Notes: a model not told the origin generated them from the sequence alone. Positions 11,822 to 22,736 are shown, counted from the stretch's first letter. The stretch is DNA of 64,000 nucleotides from an uncultured delta proteobacterium (GCA_963727625.1 CAVSHR010000004.1:1408001-1472000), one strand, 5' to 3'. Made by a program: numbers and translations.

Positions 11822-12058
11822 ATGAAGGATCTGGTTCAATATCTTGCAAAATCTTTGGTGAGCAATCCCGATGCCGTCGAGATTACCGAAACGATCAGCG
11901 ACGGCACTTCGGTATTCGGGCTCAAGGTCGCTAAAGAAGATTTGGGCCGGATCATCGGCAAGCAAGGGCGCACGGCCAAAGCGATCCGCACTCTATTGAA
12001 CGCCGCAGCGACGATCGACAACCGCAGAGTCGCCCTGGAAATCTTCGAAGAAAAATAG
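11822..12058 (+). CDS. khpA: KH-domain RNA-binding protein KhpA
   Basis: DLGRIIGKQGRTAKAIRTLL; position between rpsP and rimM. Confidence 0.9.
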   Translation: MKDLVQYLAKSLVSNPDAVEITETISDGTSVFGLKVAKEDLGRIIGKQGRTAKAIRTLLNAAATIDNRRVALEIFEEK

Positions 12059-12079
12059 CGTCCATCCGGGCCGCTGCCG

Positions 12080-12592
12080 ATGGCTGAATCGATCGTTCCC
12101 CTCGGTAAAATCGTTACCACCCACGGTCTCAACGGCTGGTTAAAGCTCAACCCTTTCAACCTGGACACCACGGTGCTCGCCAGCGGCACCGAGGTTATTC
12201 TGGAAAAACCCGGGAACCAAACGGCGCATCGAGTCGAGGCATGCAACCCGCAGCGAAATCAATTCCTGGTCAAACTTGAAGACGTAAACAACATCGATGA
12301 CGCGACGCGCCATATTGGCGCGACTCTTTGCGTGAGCGAAGCGGCGCTGGAGGCGCTGGAACCGGGACAATACTACCACTACCAGGTCGTCGGCTTCGAA
12401 GTTTATGACCTGAGCGGCGAACGTATCGGAACAATTTCCGCAACGATGTCGACGGCGGGCGGCGAACTCTACGTGATTCAAGGCCCGGAGAAAGAGCACC
12501 TGATTCCAGCCGTGAAAGAATTTATCGAGAAGGTGGATTTCACCGCCCGCCGGGTGATCGTCAATCCGCCCGAAGGATTGTTGGACCTGTAG
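12080..12592 (+). CDS. rimM: Ribosome maturation factor RimM
   Basis: [29 protein letters not shown]; synteny. Confidence 0.95.
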   Translation: MAESIVPLGKIVTTHGLNGWLKLNPFNLDTTVLASGTEVILEKPGNQTAHRVEACNPQRNQFLVKLEDVNNIDDATRHIGATLCVSEAALEALEPGQYYHYQVVGFEVYDLSGERIGTISATMSTAGGELYVIQGPEKEHLIPAVKEFIEKVDFTARRVIVNPPEGLLDL

Positions 12593-12618
12593 ATCAATGG
12601 ATCCTGCAAAAGGCCGCG

Positions 12619-13896
12619 ATGCTCAATTTTACTGTCATTACAATTTTTCCGGCGATGTTCGATTCATCGCTCGGCCATAGCATTTTGAAAAAGGCGCGGG
12701 AGAAGGGTCTGATCAAGGTTACCCTCGTCGATCTGCGCGACTATACCAACGATCCCCATCGCAGCACCGACGACACTCCCTACGGCGGCGGCCATGGCAT
12801 GGTGATGAAGCCCGAGCCGCTGGCGGCGGCCATCGAACAAACAAGAAACAACAGCCCGGGCGCCCGGGTCATTTTGTTAACCCCGCGAGGCCAGGTCTTC
12901 GACCAGGAAACCGCCCAGCGGCTTTCTCAAGAACAAGAAGTAGTTCTGCTCTGCGGCCGGTACGAAGGAGTTGACGAACGGGTCACGGCATTTGTCGACG
13001 AAGAAATTTCCATCGGCGACTACACCCTGAGCGGCGGCGAGCCAGCCGCAACCGTGGTCATTGATGCCGTCGCCCGGCTGGTGCCCGGAGTCCTGGGAAA
13101 CGAAAACTCTGCCCTGGAGGAATCCTTTAGCAACGGACTGCTCGAATACCCACAGTATACCCGGCCCGCGGAGTTTCGCGGTATGAAAGTTCCCGAGGTA
13201 TTGCTCTCCGGCGATCATGAGCGCATTCGACAATGGCGCCACCGGCAAAGCCTGGAGCTGACGCACGAGCGGCGGCCGGAATTATATGCGCACACCCTAG
13301 AGCAACACAAAGAAGCAGTCCGAACACAGCGGGTCATCGCACCGATTTACGTCGCTCTCTTACACCATCCGGTATACGACAAGAACAGCCAGGTAGTTAC
13401 GGCGGCCGTGACCAATATGGATATTCACGACATCGCCCGCTCCGGCTGCACCTACGGCCTGGCGGGTTTCTTCGTAGTCACCCCGGTCAAGGCGTTACAA
13501 AAGCTCGCGCTAAAAATCATCGACCACTGGGAGACCGGCTACGGCAGCCAGTACAATGTCACGCGTAAGGAAGCCTTGGCGCTGACGCGCATTTGCGACA
13601 GCCTTGACGACGCTATCATCGCGGTCGAGCGGGAGACCGGCGAAAAACCGGTGGTGGTGGCTACTTCGGCCCGGCACGGGGAAACCCGCGCCTCTTTCCC
13701 TTGGCTGCGGGACATGTTACATAGAGAAACTCGGCCCTTTCTTATCCTCCTTGGCACCGGATGGGGCCTAACCGAAACCGTACTTTTACAATCAGATTAC
13801 GTGCTAGAGGCGATCGAAGGGCGCGGCGATTACAATCATCTTTCGGTGCGCTCCGCCGCCGCGATCATTTTGGACCGCCTGCTGGGACGTCAGTGA
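12619..13896 (+). CDS. trmD: tRNA m1G37 methyltransferase TrmD fused to a second SPOUT methyltransferase (Tm1570/DUF2168-like)
   Basis: [39 protein letters not shown], then in frame VALLHHPV...[10 protein letters not shown]...GTGWGL...[17 protein letters not shown]. Confidence 0.93.
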   Translation: MLNFTVITIFPAMFDSSLGHSILKKAREKGLIKVTLVDLRDYTNDPHRSTDDTPYGGGHGMVMKPEPLAAAIEQTRNNSPGARVILLTPRGQVFDQETAQRLSQEQEVVLLCGRYEGVDERVTAFVDEEISIGDYTLSGGEPAATVVIDAVARLVPGVLGNENSALEESFSNGLLEYPQYTRPAEFRGMKVPEVLLSGDHERIRQWRHRQSLELTHERRPELYAHTLEQHKEAVRTQRVIAPIYVALLHHPVYDKNSQVVTAAVTNMDIHDIARSGCTYGLAGFFVVTPVKALQKLALKIIDHWETGYGSQYNVTRKEALALTRICDSLDDAIIAVERETGEKPVVVATSARHGETRASFPWLRDMLHRETRPFLILLGTGWGLTETVLLQSDYVLEAIEGRGDYNHLSVRSAAAIILDRLLGRQ

Positions 13897-13912
13897 GAAA
13901 TAGGAGTAAATT

Positions 13913-14257
13913 ATGAATATCGTCGGTCAACTCGAAGCGGAACAGGTCAAAAAAGAAGTGCCCACGTTGCGCCCGGGCGAAACCGTGCGCGTCCACGTCA
14001 AGGTTGTCGAAGGCGAAAAGGAACGGACCCAGGTCTTCGAAGGCGTCATCATCGGCATGTCGGGGAGCGGCAACCGCGCCATGTTTACCGTGCGCAAGAT
14101 ATCCTACGGCGTCGGCGTCGAGCGGATCTTTCCAATCCACTCGCCGCGCATCGACAAAGTCGAAATCGTCTCTCGTGGCAAGGTCCGGCGCGCCAAGCTC
14201 TACTTCCTGCGCGAGCTCTCAGGCAAAGCCGCTCGGCTGATCGGCCGGGATCGCTAA
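13913..14257 (+). CDS. rplS: 50S ribosomal protein L19
   Basis: [29 protein letters not shown]. Confidence 0.98.
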   Translation: MNIVGQLEAEQVKKEVPTLRPGETVRVHVKVVEGEKERTQVFEGVIIGMSGSGNRAMFTVRKISYGVGVERIFPIHSPRIDKVEIVSRGKVRRAKLYFLRELSGKAARLIGRDR

Positions 14258-14275
14258 ACCGATCGACGTCGGCTG

Positions 14276-14644
14276 TCAATTTTTGCCTAAAATATTCCCT
14301 CTGCCGTCGAAGGTCGCCCCGGGGTGGATGCGCAGTTCGCCCACCCGGGCGTCGCCCTTGAAGTAACCGCCCGGCATTAGCTCAAAGCAGCCCATCGCTT
14401 GTACCGAACCCACCAGCCTGCCCTCCAGATGGACCTGGCGCGCGGAGATTTGGGCATCGACCTGCGCGTTGGCACCAATGACCAGCAGCTCGGTTGATTT
14501 GATCTCGCCGGTAAAGTTCCCGTCGATCTTCACCGGCAAATTATAGCTGAGCTTTCCGGAGATCGACGAATTCGCGAACAGCACCGTTCTTGGCGCCGCT
14601 CCTTGGATAAATGACGGGTTCTCGGTTTCGTTCATAGTCGTCAC
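14276..14644 (-). CDS. Bactofilin (polymer-forming cytoskeletal protein)
   Basis: beta-helix pattern ISGKL, IDGNFTGEI, VIGANAQVDAQI, IHPGATFDG. Confidence 0.85.
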   Translation of the reverse strand: MTTMNETENPSFIQGAAPRTVLFANSSISGKLSYNLPVKIDGNFTGEIKSTELLVIGANAQVDAQISARQVHLEGRLVGSVQAMGCFELMPGGYFKGDARVGELRIHPGATFDGRGNILGKN

Positions 14645-14752
14645 GGCGAATCATTGATGAAAACAGCCATAGAATAACATCGATGGCCGTTTAACGAAAG
14701 GCGAATGTCCGCGCCCTATAACGATACCGCCGAGCTGTGTTAACATGGCGAT

Positions 14753-16081
14753 ATGGATCTTTTCGGTTCGACGCCGTCTAAGCACCCATCATCCGCGCAG
14801 CCATTGGCCGAGCGCATGCGCCCGGCCCGTCTGGAAGAGTTCGTCGGACAGGATCACCTGCTCGGTCCCGGCAAACTTTTGAGCGGTATGCTCGCCTCGG
14901 CCAAGCTCCGCTCGCTGATTCTCTGGGGCCCACCCGGTAGCGGCAAAACCACGCTGGCGCAGATCATCGCGAAATCGGCGCAGGCGGTCTGCGTCAATTT
15001 TTCCGCTGTTACCGCGGGCGTCAAAGACCTCAAAAAAATCATTCAAGAGGCGGAACAGCTCCAAAGGGTCGGGAAGGTGACGGTGCTCTTCATCGACGAG
15101 ATTCATCACTTCAATAAGGCGCAGCAGGATAACTTCCTGCCCCATGTCGAGCGCGGCACGCTGATCCTGATCGGCGCAACCACGGAGAATCCCTCTTTCG
15201 AAGTCATTTCTCCCCTGCTCTCGCGCTGCCAGGTGCTCATGCTCAAGGCCCTCGCCCCGGCGGATCTCGGAAAAATCATCGACCGCGCGCTCACCGACCA
15301 GAAATGCGGCCTCGGCAAGCTGAACCTGCAACTCGCGGCTGGCGGCCGCGAGTTCTTGATTCAGCAGTCGCAGGGCGATTGCCGCACCGCCTTAAACGCT
15401 CTGGAAAACGCTGCCACCCTCGCCGAGGGCCACGGAGAAAACCAGATTGGTTTGGCACAGCTCCAAGAAGCGCTGCAAAGCCGCGCCTTGCGGTACGATA
15501 AGTCCGGCGAAGAGCATTACAATGTCATCTCGGCGTTTATCAAAAGCATGCGCGGCAGCGACCCCGACGCCGCGCTCTACTGGATGATCCGCATGATCGA
15601 GGCCGGCGAAGATCCGCTTTTCATCGCGCGCCGCATGGTCATCTTTGCTGCCGAAGATATCGGCAACGCCGATCCTCAAGCTCTCCAAATGGCGGTCGCC
15701 GCCAAGGATGCGGTCCATTTCGTCGGCTTGCCCGAAGGACGCATCCCATTGGCGCAAGCGGCCACTTACCTCGCCAGCGCGCCCAAGTCGAACGCGTCGT
15801 ACAAAGCGATGCTCGCCGCCGCGCAAGACGTGCAGGAACGCGGCGCCTTGCCGGTACCGATGCATTTGCGCAACGCACCGACCGGGCTGATGAAAGCTCT
15901 CGGTTACGGCAAGGACTATAAGTACGCCCATGATTACGACGACCACATCGTCGAGCAACGCCACTTGCCCAACGAACTGCAAGACAAACGGTATTACGCA
16001 CCCAGCGATTCCGGTTACGAGAAACAGATCCGCGAACGACTCAAACTCTGGCAGGAAAAAAAGCTTCAAAAAAAGCGTTGA
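14753..16081 (+). CDS. rarA: Replication-associated recombination protein RarA/MgsA
   Basis: PLAERMRP, WGPPGSGKTT, FIDEIH, GATTENPSF, SAFIKSMRGSDPDAA. Confidence 0.96.
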   Translation: MDLFGSTPSKHPSSAQPLAERMRPARLEEFVGQDHLLGPGKLLSGMLASAKLRSLILWGPPGSGKTTLAQIIAKSAQAVCVNFSAVTAGVKDLKKIIQEAEQLQRVGKVTVLFIDEIHHFNKAQQDNFLPHVERGTLILIGATTENPSFEVISPLLSRCQVLMLKALAPADLGKIIDRALTDQKCGLGKLNLQLAAGGREFLIQQSQGDCRTALNALENAATLAEGHGENQIGLAQLQEALQSRALRYDKSGEEHYNVISAFIKSMRGSDPDAALYWMIRMIEAGEDPLFIARRMVIFAAEDIGNADPQALQMAVAAKDAVHFVGLPEGRIPLAQAATYLASAPKSNASYKAMLAAAQDVQERGALPVPMHLRNAPTGLMKALGYGKDYKYAHDYDDHIVEQRHLPNELQDKRYYAPSDSGYEKQIRERLKLWQEKKLQKKR

Positions 16082-16181
16082 GCACCGACTGAAAGCACAG
16101 CGGATCGACAACGTTCATGGGTTGGAAAGTCAAGCCTCAGAAAACCCGTTTCGCCCGAGCGATCAGCATCGGAAATAGTTT

Positions 16182-16730
16182 ATGGAGCGGTTGCAAAAAC
16201 ACTTCGTCGTCTGCCTGATCACCGGACTGGTCGCGATCTTACCGATCGGCGGCACGATTCTGCTCATCGTCTTCGCCGAAAGATCGCTCAGTCCGCTGGT
16301 ACCGGCCCGTTTCTATTTTCCCGGTGAAGGATTGCTGCTCGTCATCGCGGTGATCTATCTTTTGGGGCTGACGCTCACCTCCGTGATCGGACATTGGCTC
16401 TGGAACGCTCTCGACGCCGGCTTAACGCGCCTGCCGGGTTTGGGGATGCTCTATCGCACTTTGAAACAAATCCTCGGCTTAGATGCCGGTGAAGGTGCTT
16501 TGTTTCAACGGGTCGTCCTGGTTCCCGACGATAGCACCGGCAGCGTGGAGATTGGTTTGGTCACCGCTTCCGACGGCCAAGGTGATACGACCCAATTGGT
16601 CGTCTTCGTGCCCAATTCGCCCAACCCGTCCCAGGGCCGCCTGCTGCGCATCGCCGCCAGCCGGGTTACGTCCACCGACTGGAGTATTGACAAAGCACTT
16701 AAAGCGCTCTTTTCTCTCGGCAAGATTTAG
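16182..16730 (+). CDS. DUF502 membrane protein
   Basis: two TM segments, LPGLGMLYRTLKQI, FVPNSPNPSQG. Confidence 0.8.
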   Translation: MERLQKHFVVCLITGLVAILPIGGTILLIVFAERSLSPLVPARFYFPGEGLLLVIAVIYLLGLTLTSVIGHWLWNALDAGLTRLPGLGMLYRTLKQILGLDAGEGALFQRVVLVPDDSTGSVEIGLVTASDGQGDTTQLVVFVPNSPNPSQGRLLRIAASRVTSTDWSIDKALKALFSLGKI

Positions 16731-16772
16731 ACATGGAGGAACCTTTTGGAACCGCTTTTGGAAACGCGGCGA

Positions 16773-18803
16773 TTAGTCGCGTATCCCGGCCAGATCGAGC
16801 AGAAAAACATATGAAAAGGCGGTTTCATGATGGCGCCGGAATCTTCCGGTGGCGCCGCCATGCCCCGCTTCCATGTTGGTTTTGAGCAGTAGGCGATTCT
16901 TGTCGGTCTTGAGCTCGCGCAGTTTTGCCGCCCATTTGGCCGGCTCCCAGTATTGTACTTGGGAATCGTGCAAGCCGCCGGTAATCAGCATGGCCGGATA
17001 GGCTTTCCCCTCGACGTTGTCGTAAGGCGAGTAAGATAGCACGTAGTCGTAGTACTCCTTTTGGTTCGGATCTCCCCACTCGTCGTATTCCCCCGTCGTC
17101 AACGGAATCGATGAATCGAGCATCGTCGTAACCGCATCGACGAACGGCACTTCGGCGACAATGCCCTTGAATAAATCGGGCCGCACGTTGCTGATCGCGC
17201 CCATCAGCAAACCACCGGCGCTCCGTCCCATGGCGAAAAGTTTTTCAGGACCCGTAAGCTTTACGCGAATCAGGAACTCCGCGCACGCGATGAAGTCGGT
17301 AAAAGTATTTTTTTTCTTGAGCAGCTTCCCGTCATCGTACCAGTGCCGCCCGAGCTCCTGGCCGCCCCGCGCATGGGCGATGGCGTAAATGAATCCGCGA
17401 TCGACCAGACTGAGACGCGGCGATGAAAACGCCGCGTCGATGCTAAAACCGTAAGCCCCATAGCCGTAAAGCAGCAGCGGATTGTTGCCGTTCCGCGGTG
17501 TTCCTTTGCGGCAAAACAACGAGATCGGAATCTCAGTTCCGTCCGGCGCGCGCGCATAAAGCCGCTCGGAGACATAGTTATCGGGATCGAATCCGCCCAG
17601 CACCGCTTCACGCTTGAGCAAAGTCTTTTGGCCGCTGGCCATATCGTAATCGTAGATCGACAACGGCGTCTTCATCGACGTGTATTCGAAGCGCAACAGG
17701 ATCGTGTCGAACTGCAAGTTGACGTTAAGATTGGCTCGATAAGCCGGTTCGTCGAACTCCAGGTAATGATCGGCGCCGCCAGACCAGGGAGTGATGCAGA
17801 TCTGCGTCAAGCCGCGGGCCCGCTCCTCCAGCACCAGGTAATCGCGAAAAAGCTCGAAATCGGCGAGATAAACATCATTTCGGTGTGGTATGATTTCCCG
17901 CCAGTACTCCCGTCCCGGCCGATCCAAGGACGTCTCCATCAGGCGAAAATTCATGGCCTGATCATTCGTGCGAATGATGAAGCGGTCACCGAAGTGTTCG
18001 ACGTGATACTCATGGTTGCGCCGACGCGCCTGAAACAGCTTGAATTCGCCGAACGGCTGGTCCGCTTCCATAAAGCGGTATTCCTGGCTGTTGGTATGCG
18101 AAGAGACCAAAAACAGGAATCGCCTCGATTTGGATTTGAAAATATAAGCAACGAAGGTTTCGTCGTCCTCCTGGTAAACCGGCTGATCCTCAGCCGGATC
18201 GGTGCCAAGGACGTGGCGCCAGATTTGATGCTGGCGCAGAGTGATCTCGTCCTGCTTGCCGTAAAAGAGCGTCTTGTTGTCGTTGGCCCAAGTCAAATTT
18301 TCAGTCACATTTGGCAGCACGTCGGCGAGCTTCTCGCCGGTGGTCAGGTTCTTGAAATAGATTGTGTAAATTCTTCTTCCCTGAGTATCCACCGCGTAGG
18401 CGAGAATATCCTGGCCAGAGCTCACCGCCGAGCCGCCGATGGCAAAAAACTCATGCCCTTCGGCCAACTGGTTGGCATTCAGCATAATTTCTTCCGCATG
18501 CTCCAGCGTGTCGCGCTTGCGCGCGTAGATCGGATACTCTTTCCCCTGCTCGTAGCGCGTGTAGTAATAATAGTCGTCGCGCTTGTACGGCACCGACATG
18601 TCGGTCTGTTTGAACCGCCCGATGATCTCCTCGAATAGTTTTTTCTCAAACTCGCGCGTATGCGCCATTTCTTTGGCGGCGTATTCATTCTCTTCGTTGA
18701 GATACTCGATCACTTCGGGATTGTCCCGTTCGCGCAGCCAATAATAGTTATCCACGCGCACATGGCCGTGCTTCTCAAGCTTAAACGAAATTTTTTTGGG
18801 CAT
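16773..18803 (-). CDS. ptrB: Oligopeptidase B (S9 prolyl oligopeptidase family)
   Basis: DNYYWLR, GYGAYG, GRSAGGLL nucleophile, DSQVQYWEPAKW, AGHGG. Confidence 0.93.
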   Translation of the reverse strand: MPKKISFKLEKHGHVRVDNYYWLRERDNPEVIEYLNEENEYAAKEMAHTREFEKKLFEEIIGRFKQTDMSVPYKRDDYYYYTRYEQGKEYPIYARKRDTLEHAEEIMLNANQLAEGHEFFAIGGSAVSSGQDILAYAVDTQGRRIYTIYFKNLTTGEKLADVLPNVTENLTWANDNKTLFYGKQDEITLRQHQIWRHVLGTDPAEDQPVYQEDDETFVAYIFKSKSRRFLFLVSSHTNSQEYRFMEADQPFGEFKLFQARRRNHEYHVEHFGDRFIIRTNDQAMNFRLMETSLDRPGREYWREIIPHRNDVYLADFELFRDYLVLEERARGLTQICITPWSGGADHYLEFDEPAYRANLNVNLQFDTILLRFEYTSMKTPLSIYDYDMASGQKTLLKREAVLGGFDPDNYVSERLYARAPDGTEIPISLFCRKGTPRNGNNPLLLYGYGAYGFSIDAAFSSPRLSLVDRGFIYAIAHARGGQELGRHWYDDGKLLKKKNTFTDFIACAEFLIRVKLTGPEKLFAMGRSAGGLLMGAISNVRPDLFKGIVAEVPFVDAVTTMLDSSIPLTTGEYDEWGDPNQKEYYDYVLSYSPYDNVEGKAYPAMLITGGLHDSQVQYWEPAKWAAKLRELKTDKNRLLLKTNMEAGHGGATGRFRRHHETAFSYVFLLDLAGIRD

Positions 18804-18965
18804 CTGAATCCTCGGCCCGGCCGAGGATCGGCCAGGACGGTCAATTCTAGCCGATTCTCGCGGGCACCTCTAGGTTGAGTTCCAACCCAACGCCAATCTA
18901 CGACTTCCGGTCAGCAAAGCCACAATCGGACAGTCAAACGCGGTCTCTCCGATGGAAAGTAAAAC

Positions 18966-19072
18966 CGTACGGTGGGTTGAGGAGTAGGCCGCCAAAACCC
19001 ATCCAGGTTTTAATAGACTGCCGCTCGTCCGGCGGGTTGCGGCCGGTGTATCGCTTCGCTCCACCCTTCCTG
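18966..19072. repeat. Degenerate inverted pair of REP-like elements
   Basis: CGTACGGTGGGTTGAGG...AACCCATCC, and reverse-strand CAGGAAGGGTGGAGCGAAGCGATACACC. Confidence 0.45.
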
Positions 19073-19443
19073 AGAAACTGCCACCTTACCAGTGAATCCG
19101 ACGACTTGTTATCGGGACGCGGACCCTGCGCGGCATGTCGCTTATGAGTCTTTACGGACCAATTCCAAGCTGAGCACCTGGTTAGCGTTGCCTTTCGCGC
19201 GCAGCGCTTTCCCCATCGGTGGTCATGAATCTGTTCACCAGAGCCGCATTCTCGCGTCGATTGACCACCACCGCAGCCCGCCCCCGCTCGTTGACACTGC
19301 GATGATTCATCGGCTACTCTCCACCCAAGCGAAATTCAACTTGCTCAATCCTGCTTGGAAGATGCGATGCGAAAACTAGAATTGACTCGGCTCACCGCCG
19401 CCAATTCCTCGGCGGCCATGCAACCCGATCCAAAGCCCAACCC

Positions 19444-21378
19444 TTGACGATGAAACTTCGCTTCAATCCGCCGCCAAGCATGCGGTGCGGCGCGCTTGGC
19501 TTCTTTCTTATCGCTCTGTTCTCATGGGCGGCGCCACAAATCGCCTTCAGCCAGACTGCGACTAAGGCGATCGTCCTCGCATGGGACGGCACCGTGCCGG
19601 CCTTTGCCCGCGAATTGCTGCGCCAGGGTAAACTCCCTAACCTGGCGAAATTGATCAAAGGCGGCGCTTTTGCCGACGACGTCAAACCAGGGTTTCCATC
19701 CAAGACCGCGCCGGGATTTGCCTCCTTGATCACCGGCGCGCCGCCGCGCGTGACCGGCATCACCGGCAATCGAGTGCCGCGCGCGCCCCGCGCCGACTTC
19801 ACCATCATCGAAAGCCTCGCGGGCTTCTCCGCTGCGCCGTTACGCGCGGAATCGATCTGGGCCGCCGCCCGGCGCGCCGGCAAGCGAGCGATCGTCTCGC
19901 ATATTCCCACCTTTGCCGGCGAGCGCGCCGAAGGCATTGTCAGGTTTTCCGGCTACACGTTGATCGCCGGCCGTGACGGCATCGTAACCAAGGACTCAGC
20001 GCAGAGCGCGGCGGGCGGCGCGTGGCAAAATGCGCCGCCGAGCAATGCGCTGCCCATGGAAATCAGTTTCAGCATCGGCGCAACGAGATTTTTTGGTCTG
20101 CTCATCGACGACCCCGACGACGCACAAGAGGGTTACGATACGCTGGCGCTCGCCACTGCGCGCGACGGCAGCGAAATCAAGGTCAGGCTCAAGCCCGCGC
20201 CGGCGGGCCCCGGCGGCGAGTTCTTTTGGAGCCAACCAATCGCGGTGAGGACCAACAAAAATCAGGAAGCCAAATTGTATTTTCGCCTCTTCGATCTCAA
20301 GTTCGACGGCAGCGATTTTTTTCTTTATCACACCCGGCCGGTGCGCGATTTGCCGCTCGCGGCCGATGGCAACGCGACCGCCAGCCCCACAGTGTTCAGT
20401 TTTGTCGGCAACGGTGCGTCAATTTTGTTTAAACGAGGCGGCTTCGGCCGTACGATCCCCAACGGCGGCAACGGCGGCGCCGAAGAGCGCTATATCGAGA
20501 CCCTCGCCTTCGCGCAGCATCAATTAATGGAAACCAACCGATGGGCGATGGAAAATCTTCCCTGGGACCTATATTTCGCTTATTCACCGTTTCCCGATGA
20601 AGCCGAGCATCTGTGGCGCGGCTACCTTGACGCAAGTTTGCCCAGTTATAAGCAAGAGGCCGCCGAGCGCGTGCGCCCGTACTTGGAACGAGCGTACCGA
20701 AGCGCCGATGAGCACCTCGGCCTGCTGCTGAGTAAGCGGCCCGCTGGCGCATTGTTCGCGTTGATCTCCGATCACGGTCTTCAAGGCGTCGACAAACGCG
20801 TCGCCCTGAATCAGGCGCTCCAACGCGAAGGATTGCTGGTCCTCGATAGCCATGGCCGAGTGGATCTAAGCAAAACCAAGGTGCTCTATCCAGCGGTCAA
20901 CAACGGATACTTGTTGATCAACTCGAAAGACCGCAAGGAGGGCATCGTCGGGAATGATGAACGCGCCGGGTTGGTCGACAAGGTGCGCAAATTGTTGCTG
21001 GCCCTACGCGACGGCGAGCACCCGGTGGTCAAAGCGGTTTTCGATGCCGCGATCGACGGCCCGTCCATGGGCATCGGCGGCGAAGTCGGCGGCGATATTT
21101 ACGTCGAGCTTGCGCCTGGCTACGACTTCGATCCACGCATCGCCGCCGGCGCCTTAATCACCACCACCCAACCCTATGGCAATCATGGCGCCAATCCCGA
21201 ACAAAGCGCGATGCATACCCTGATGGTCTTCAACGGTCCGGGAGTACGTGCCGGCCTGAAACTTACCGGTGTGCGCATCATTGACTTTGCGCCGACGCTG
21301 GCCTGGCTGCTTAATCTGCCCAAGCCCAGGGACGCCACCGGCCGAGTGCTGTTTGAAACCTTGGTCGCGCCGCATTGA
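19444..21378 (+). CDS. Exported alkaline-phosphatase-superfamily protein (nucleotide pyrophosphatase/phosphodiesterase type)
   Basis: signal peptide, AWDG, PSKTAPG (Thr nucleophile), DEAEH, SDHG, GNHG, IIDFAPT. Confidence 0.82.
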   Translation: MTMKLRFNPPPSMRCGALGFFLIALFSWAAPQIAFSQTATKAIVLAWDGTVPAFARELLRQGKLPNLAKLIKGGAFADDVKPGFPSKTAPGFASLITGAPPRVTGITGNRVPRAPRADFTIIESLAGFSAAPLRAESIWAAARRAGKRAIVSHIPTFAGERAEGIVRFSGYTLIAGRDGIVTKDSAQSAAGGAWQNAPPSNALPMEISFSIGATRFFGLLIDDPDDAQEGYDTLALATARDGSEIKVRLKPAPAGPGGEFFWSQPIAVRTNKNQEAKLYFRLFDLKFDGSDFFLYHTRPVRDLPLAADGNATASPTVFSFVGNGASILFKRGGFGRTIPNGGNGGAEERYIETLAFAQHQLMETNRWAMENLPWDLYFAYSPFPDEAEHLWRGYLDASLPSYKQEAAERVRPYLERAYRSADEHLGLLLSKRPAGALFALISDHGLQGVDKRVALNQALQREGLLVLDSHGRVDLSKTKVLYPAVNNGYLLINSKDRKEGIVGNDERAGLVDKVRKLLLALRDGEHPVVKAVFDAAIDGPSMGIGGEVGGDIYVELAPGYDFDPRIAAGALITTTQPYGNHGANPEQSAMHTLMVFNGPGVRAGLKLTGVRIIDFAPTLAWLLNLPKPRDATGRVLFETLVAPH

Positions 21379-21434
21379 CAACAAACCAACTGCGCCGGCC
21401 CGCGGTGGGCAGGGACTCCGAAGGAGAAGCGATC

Positions 21435-22736
21435 ATGAGCGATAAATCAAATTGGCAACCGCCCGCCATCGTTACCAAGGAGGAAGTGTTACATCTCAAT
21501 CAGCAGGTCACCGCGCTGCGAGAGCTGCCGATGAATATCCGCGAAGACATCTTTCGCATCCACGCTCTGGAAATGGACTGGGACATCGGCGCGGTGGCTT
21601 ATCAACCGCAAGACCAGAGTAAAATACCCACCGGTGCCGACGGCAAAAAAGTCGGCGTGTTTTTGCTCCATGGCGGCGTCTCCGACTTCAAATCGGTCGA
21701 GCGTATCGCGCAAACCCTCGCGTCAAAATTTGCTTTTAAGGTGACAACCCTGACCTTTCCCGGCCGATTTTATTTATTGGAACCGAGCCGGGACTGGCCC
21801 GGCGATGTCGAGTACGACGACGGCACGGCACGGACGCCGTTGTGGAGCAAAGAGACGCGCATTACCAAGGATCAGTATACGATTGTCCAGGACACCTCGA
21901 AGCGCGAAGACTACGGCACCCTCGTGTCGCTGGCGGCGAAGCCTGGCACGGAGTTTTTCTATCGCATGGCCGCCTGGCCGGCGGCCTTTGAAACGGCGAT
22001 CCAGGAAACCTGCCGGCGCCAGTTTCCCGAGGGAGAATTCTCGATCTACATGCACGGCCACTCCACCGGCGGCCCCTTCGCCATGATGGCCTCGCAGCGC
22101 GTCGCCAACGTCGCCGGCTTGGTCGGCTACGGCAGCTCGCCGTTCGGCTGGATGTACCCGATCATCAGCGGCGACGATTGGGAATTTCCTTTCCACCTAT
22201 TGCGCCTGCGCACCTGGCGTGACACCGCCCGCTATATGTATGAGGGCATGAAAGATCAGAACATCGGCTTGCCCATGCTGATCGAATTGACCTTTGAGCG
22301 CTGGGAGAGCGCCAAAAAGCGCCCCAACTTCAAGGCCGAGGACTTCATCCACAAGAATTCGACCAAAGCCTTGGAAGACGCCGCCCGGGTCTCGGCCGAA
22401 CGATTGAAGCTATCCAATCAAGAGAGCGACGCTTTGGTGCAACGATATCTGGGGTATACCCGCGAGCTCGCCGGCCGTGGAGCTAAGCCCGTGCCGAATT
22501 TTCTTTCGCTCCACGGCATCAACGACAACACGGTGACCCTACAGCGCTGCCAGCACTCCCTGCCGCTCTTCGCCAAACTCAACCCCGCGCCCAAAGTAAC
22601 CCCGGTCTCCCTCGGCGCCGGCGTGCATTCTTGGGGCTGGTCCGATGACACGCTGCCGCTCGGCATCGTGCCGCCGGTCGCCCAGCTCTGGCATGACGCG
22701 ATCATGAACGGGTATTTCGTTGGGCGCGAGGCGTGA
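21435..22736 (+). CDS. Uncharacterised alpha/beta-hydrolase-fold protein
   Basis: LLHGG, GHSTGG (GxSxG), HGINDNTV, GAGVH; AGGAG upstream of ATG 21435. Confidence 0.65.
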   Translation: MSDKSNWQPPAIVTKEEVLHLNQQVTALRELPMNIREDIFRIHALEMDWDIGAVAYQPQDQSKIPTGADGKKVGVFLLHGGVSDFKSVERIAQTLASKFAFKVTTLTFPGRFYLLEPSRDWPGDVEYDDGTARTPLWSKETRITKDQYTIVQDTSKREDYGTLVSLAAKPGTEFFYRMAAWPAAFETAIQETCRRQFPEGEFSIYMHGHSTGGPFAMMASQRVANVAGLVGYGSSPFGWMYPIISGDDWEFPFHLLRLRTWRDTARYMYEGMKDQNIGLPMLIELTFERWESAKKRPNFKAEDFIHKNSTKALEDAARVSAERLKLSNQESDALVQRYLGYTRELAGRGAKPVPNFLSLHGINDNTVTLQRCQHSLPLFAKLNPAPKVTPVSLGAGVHSWGWSDDTLPLGIVPPVAQLWHDAIMNGYFVGREA

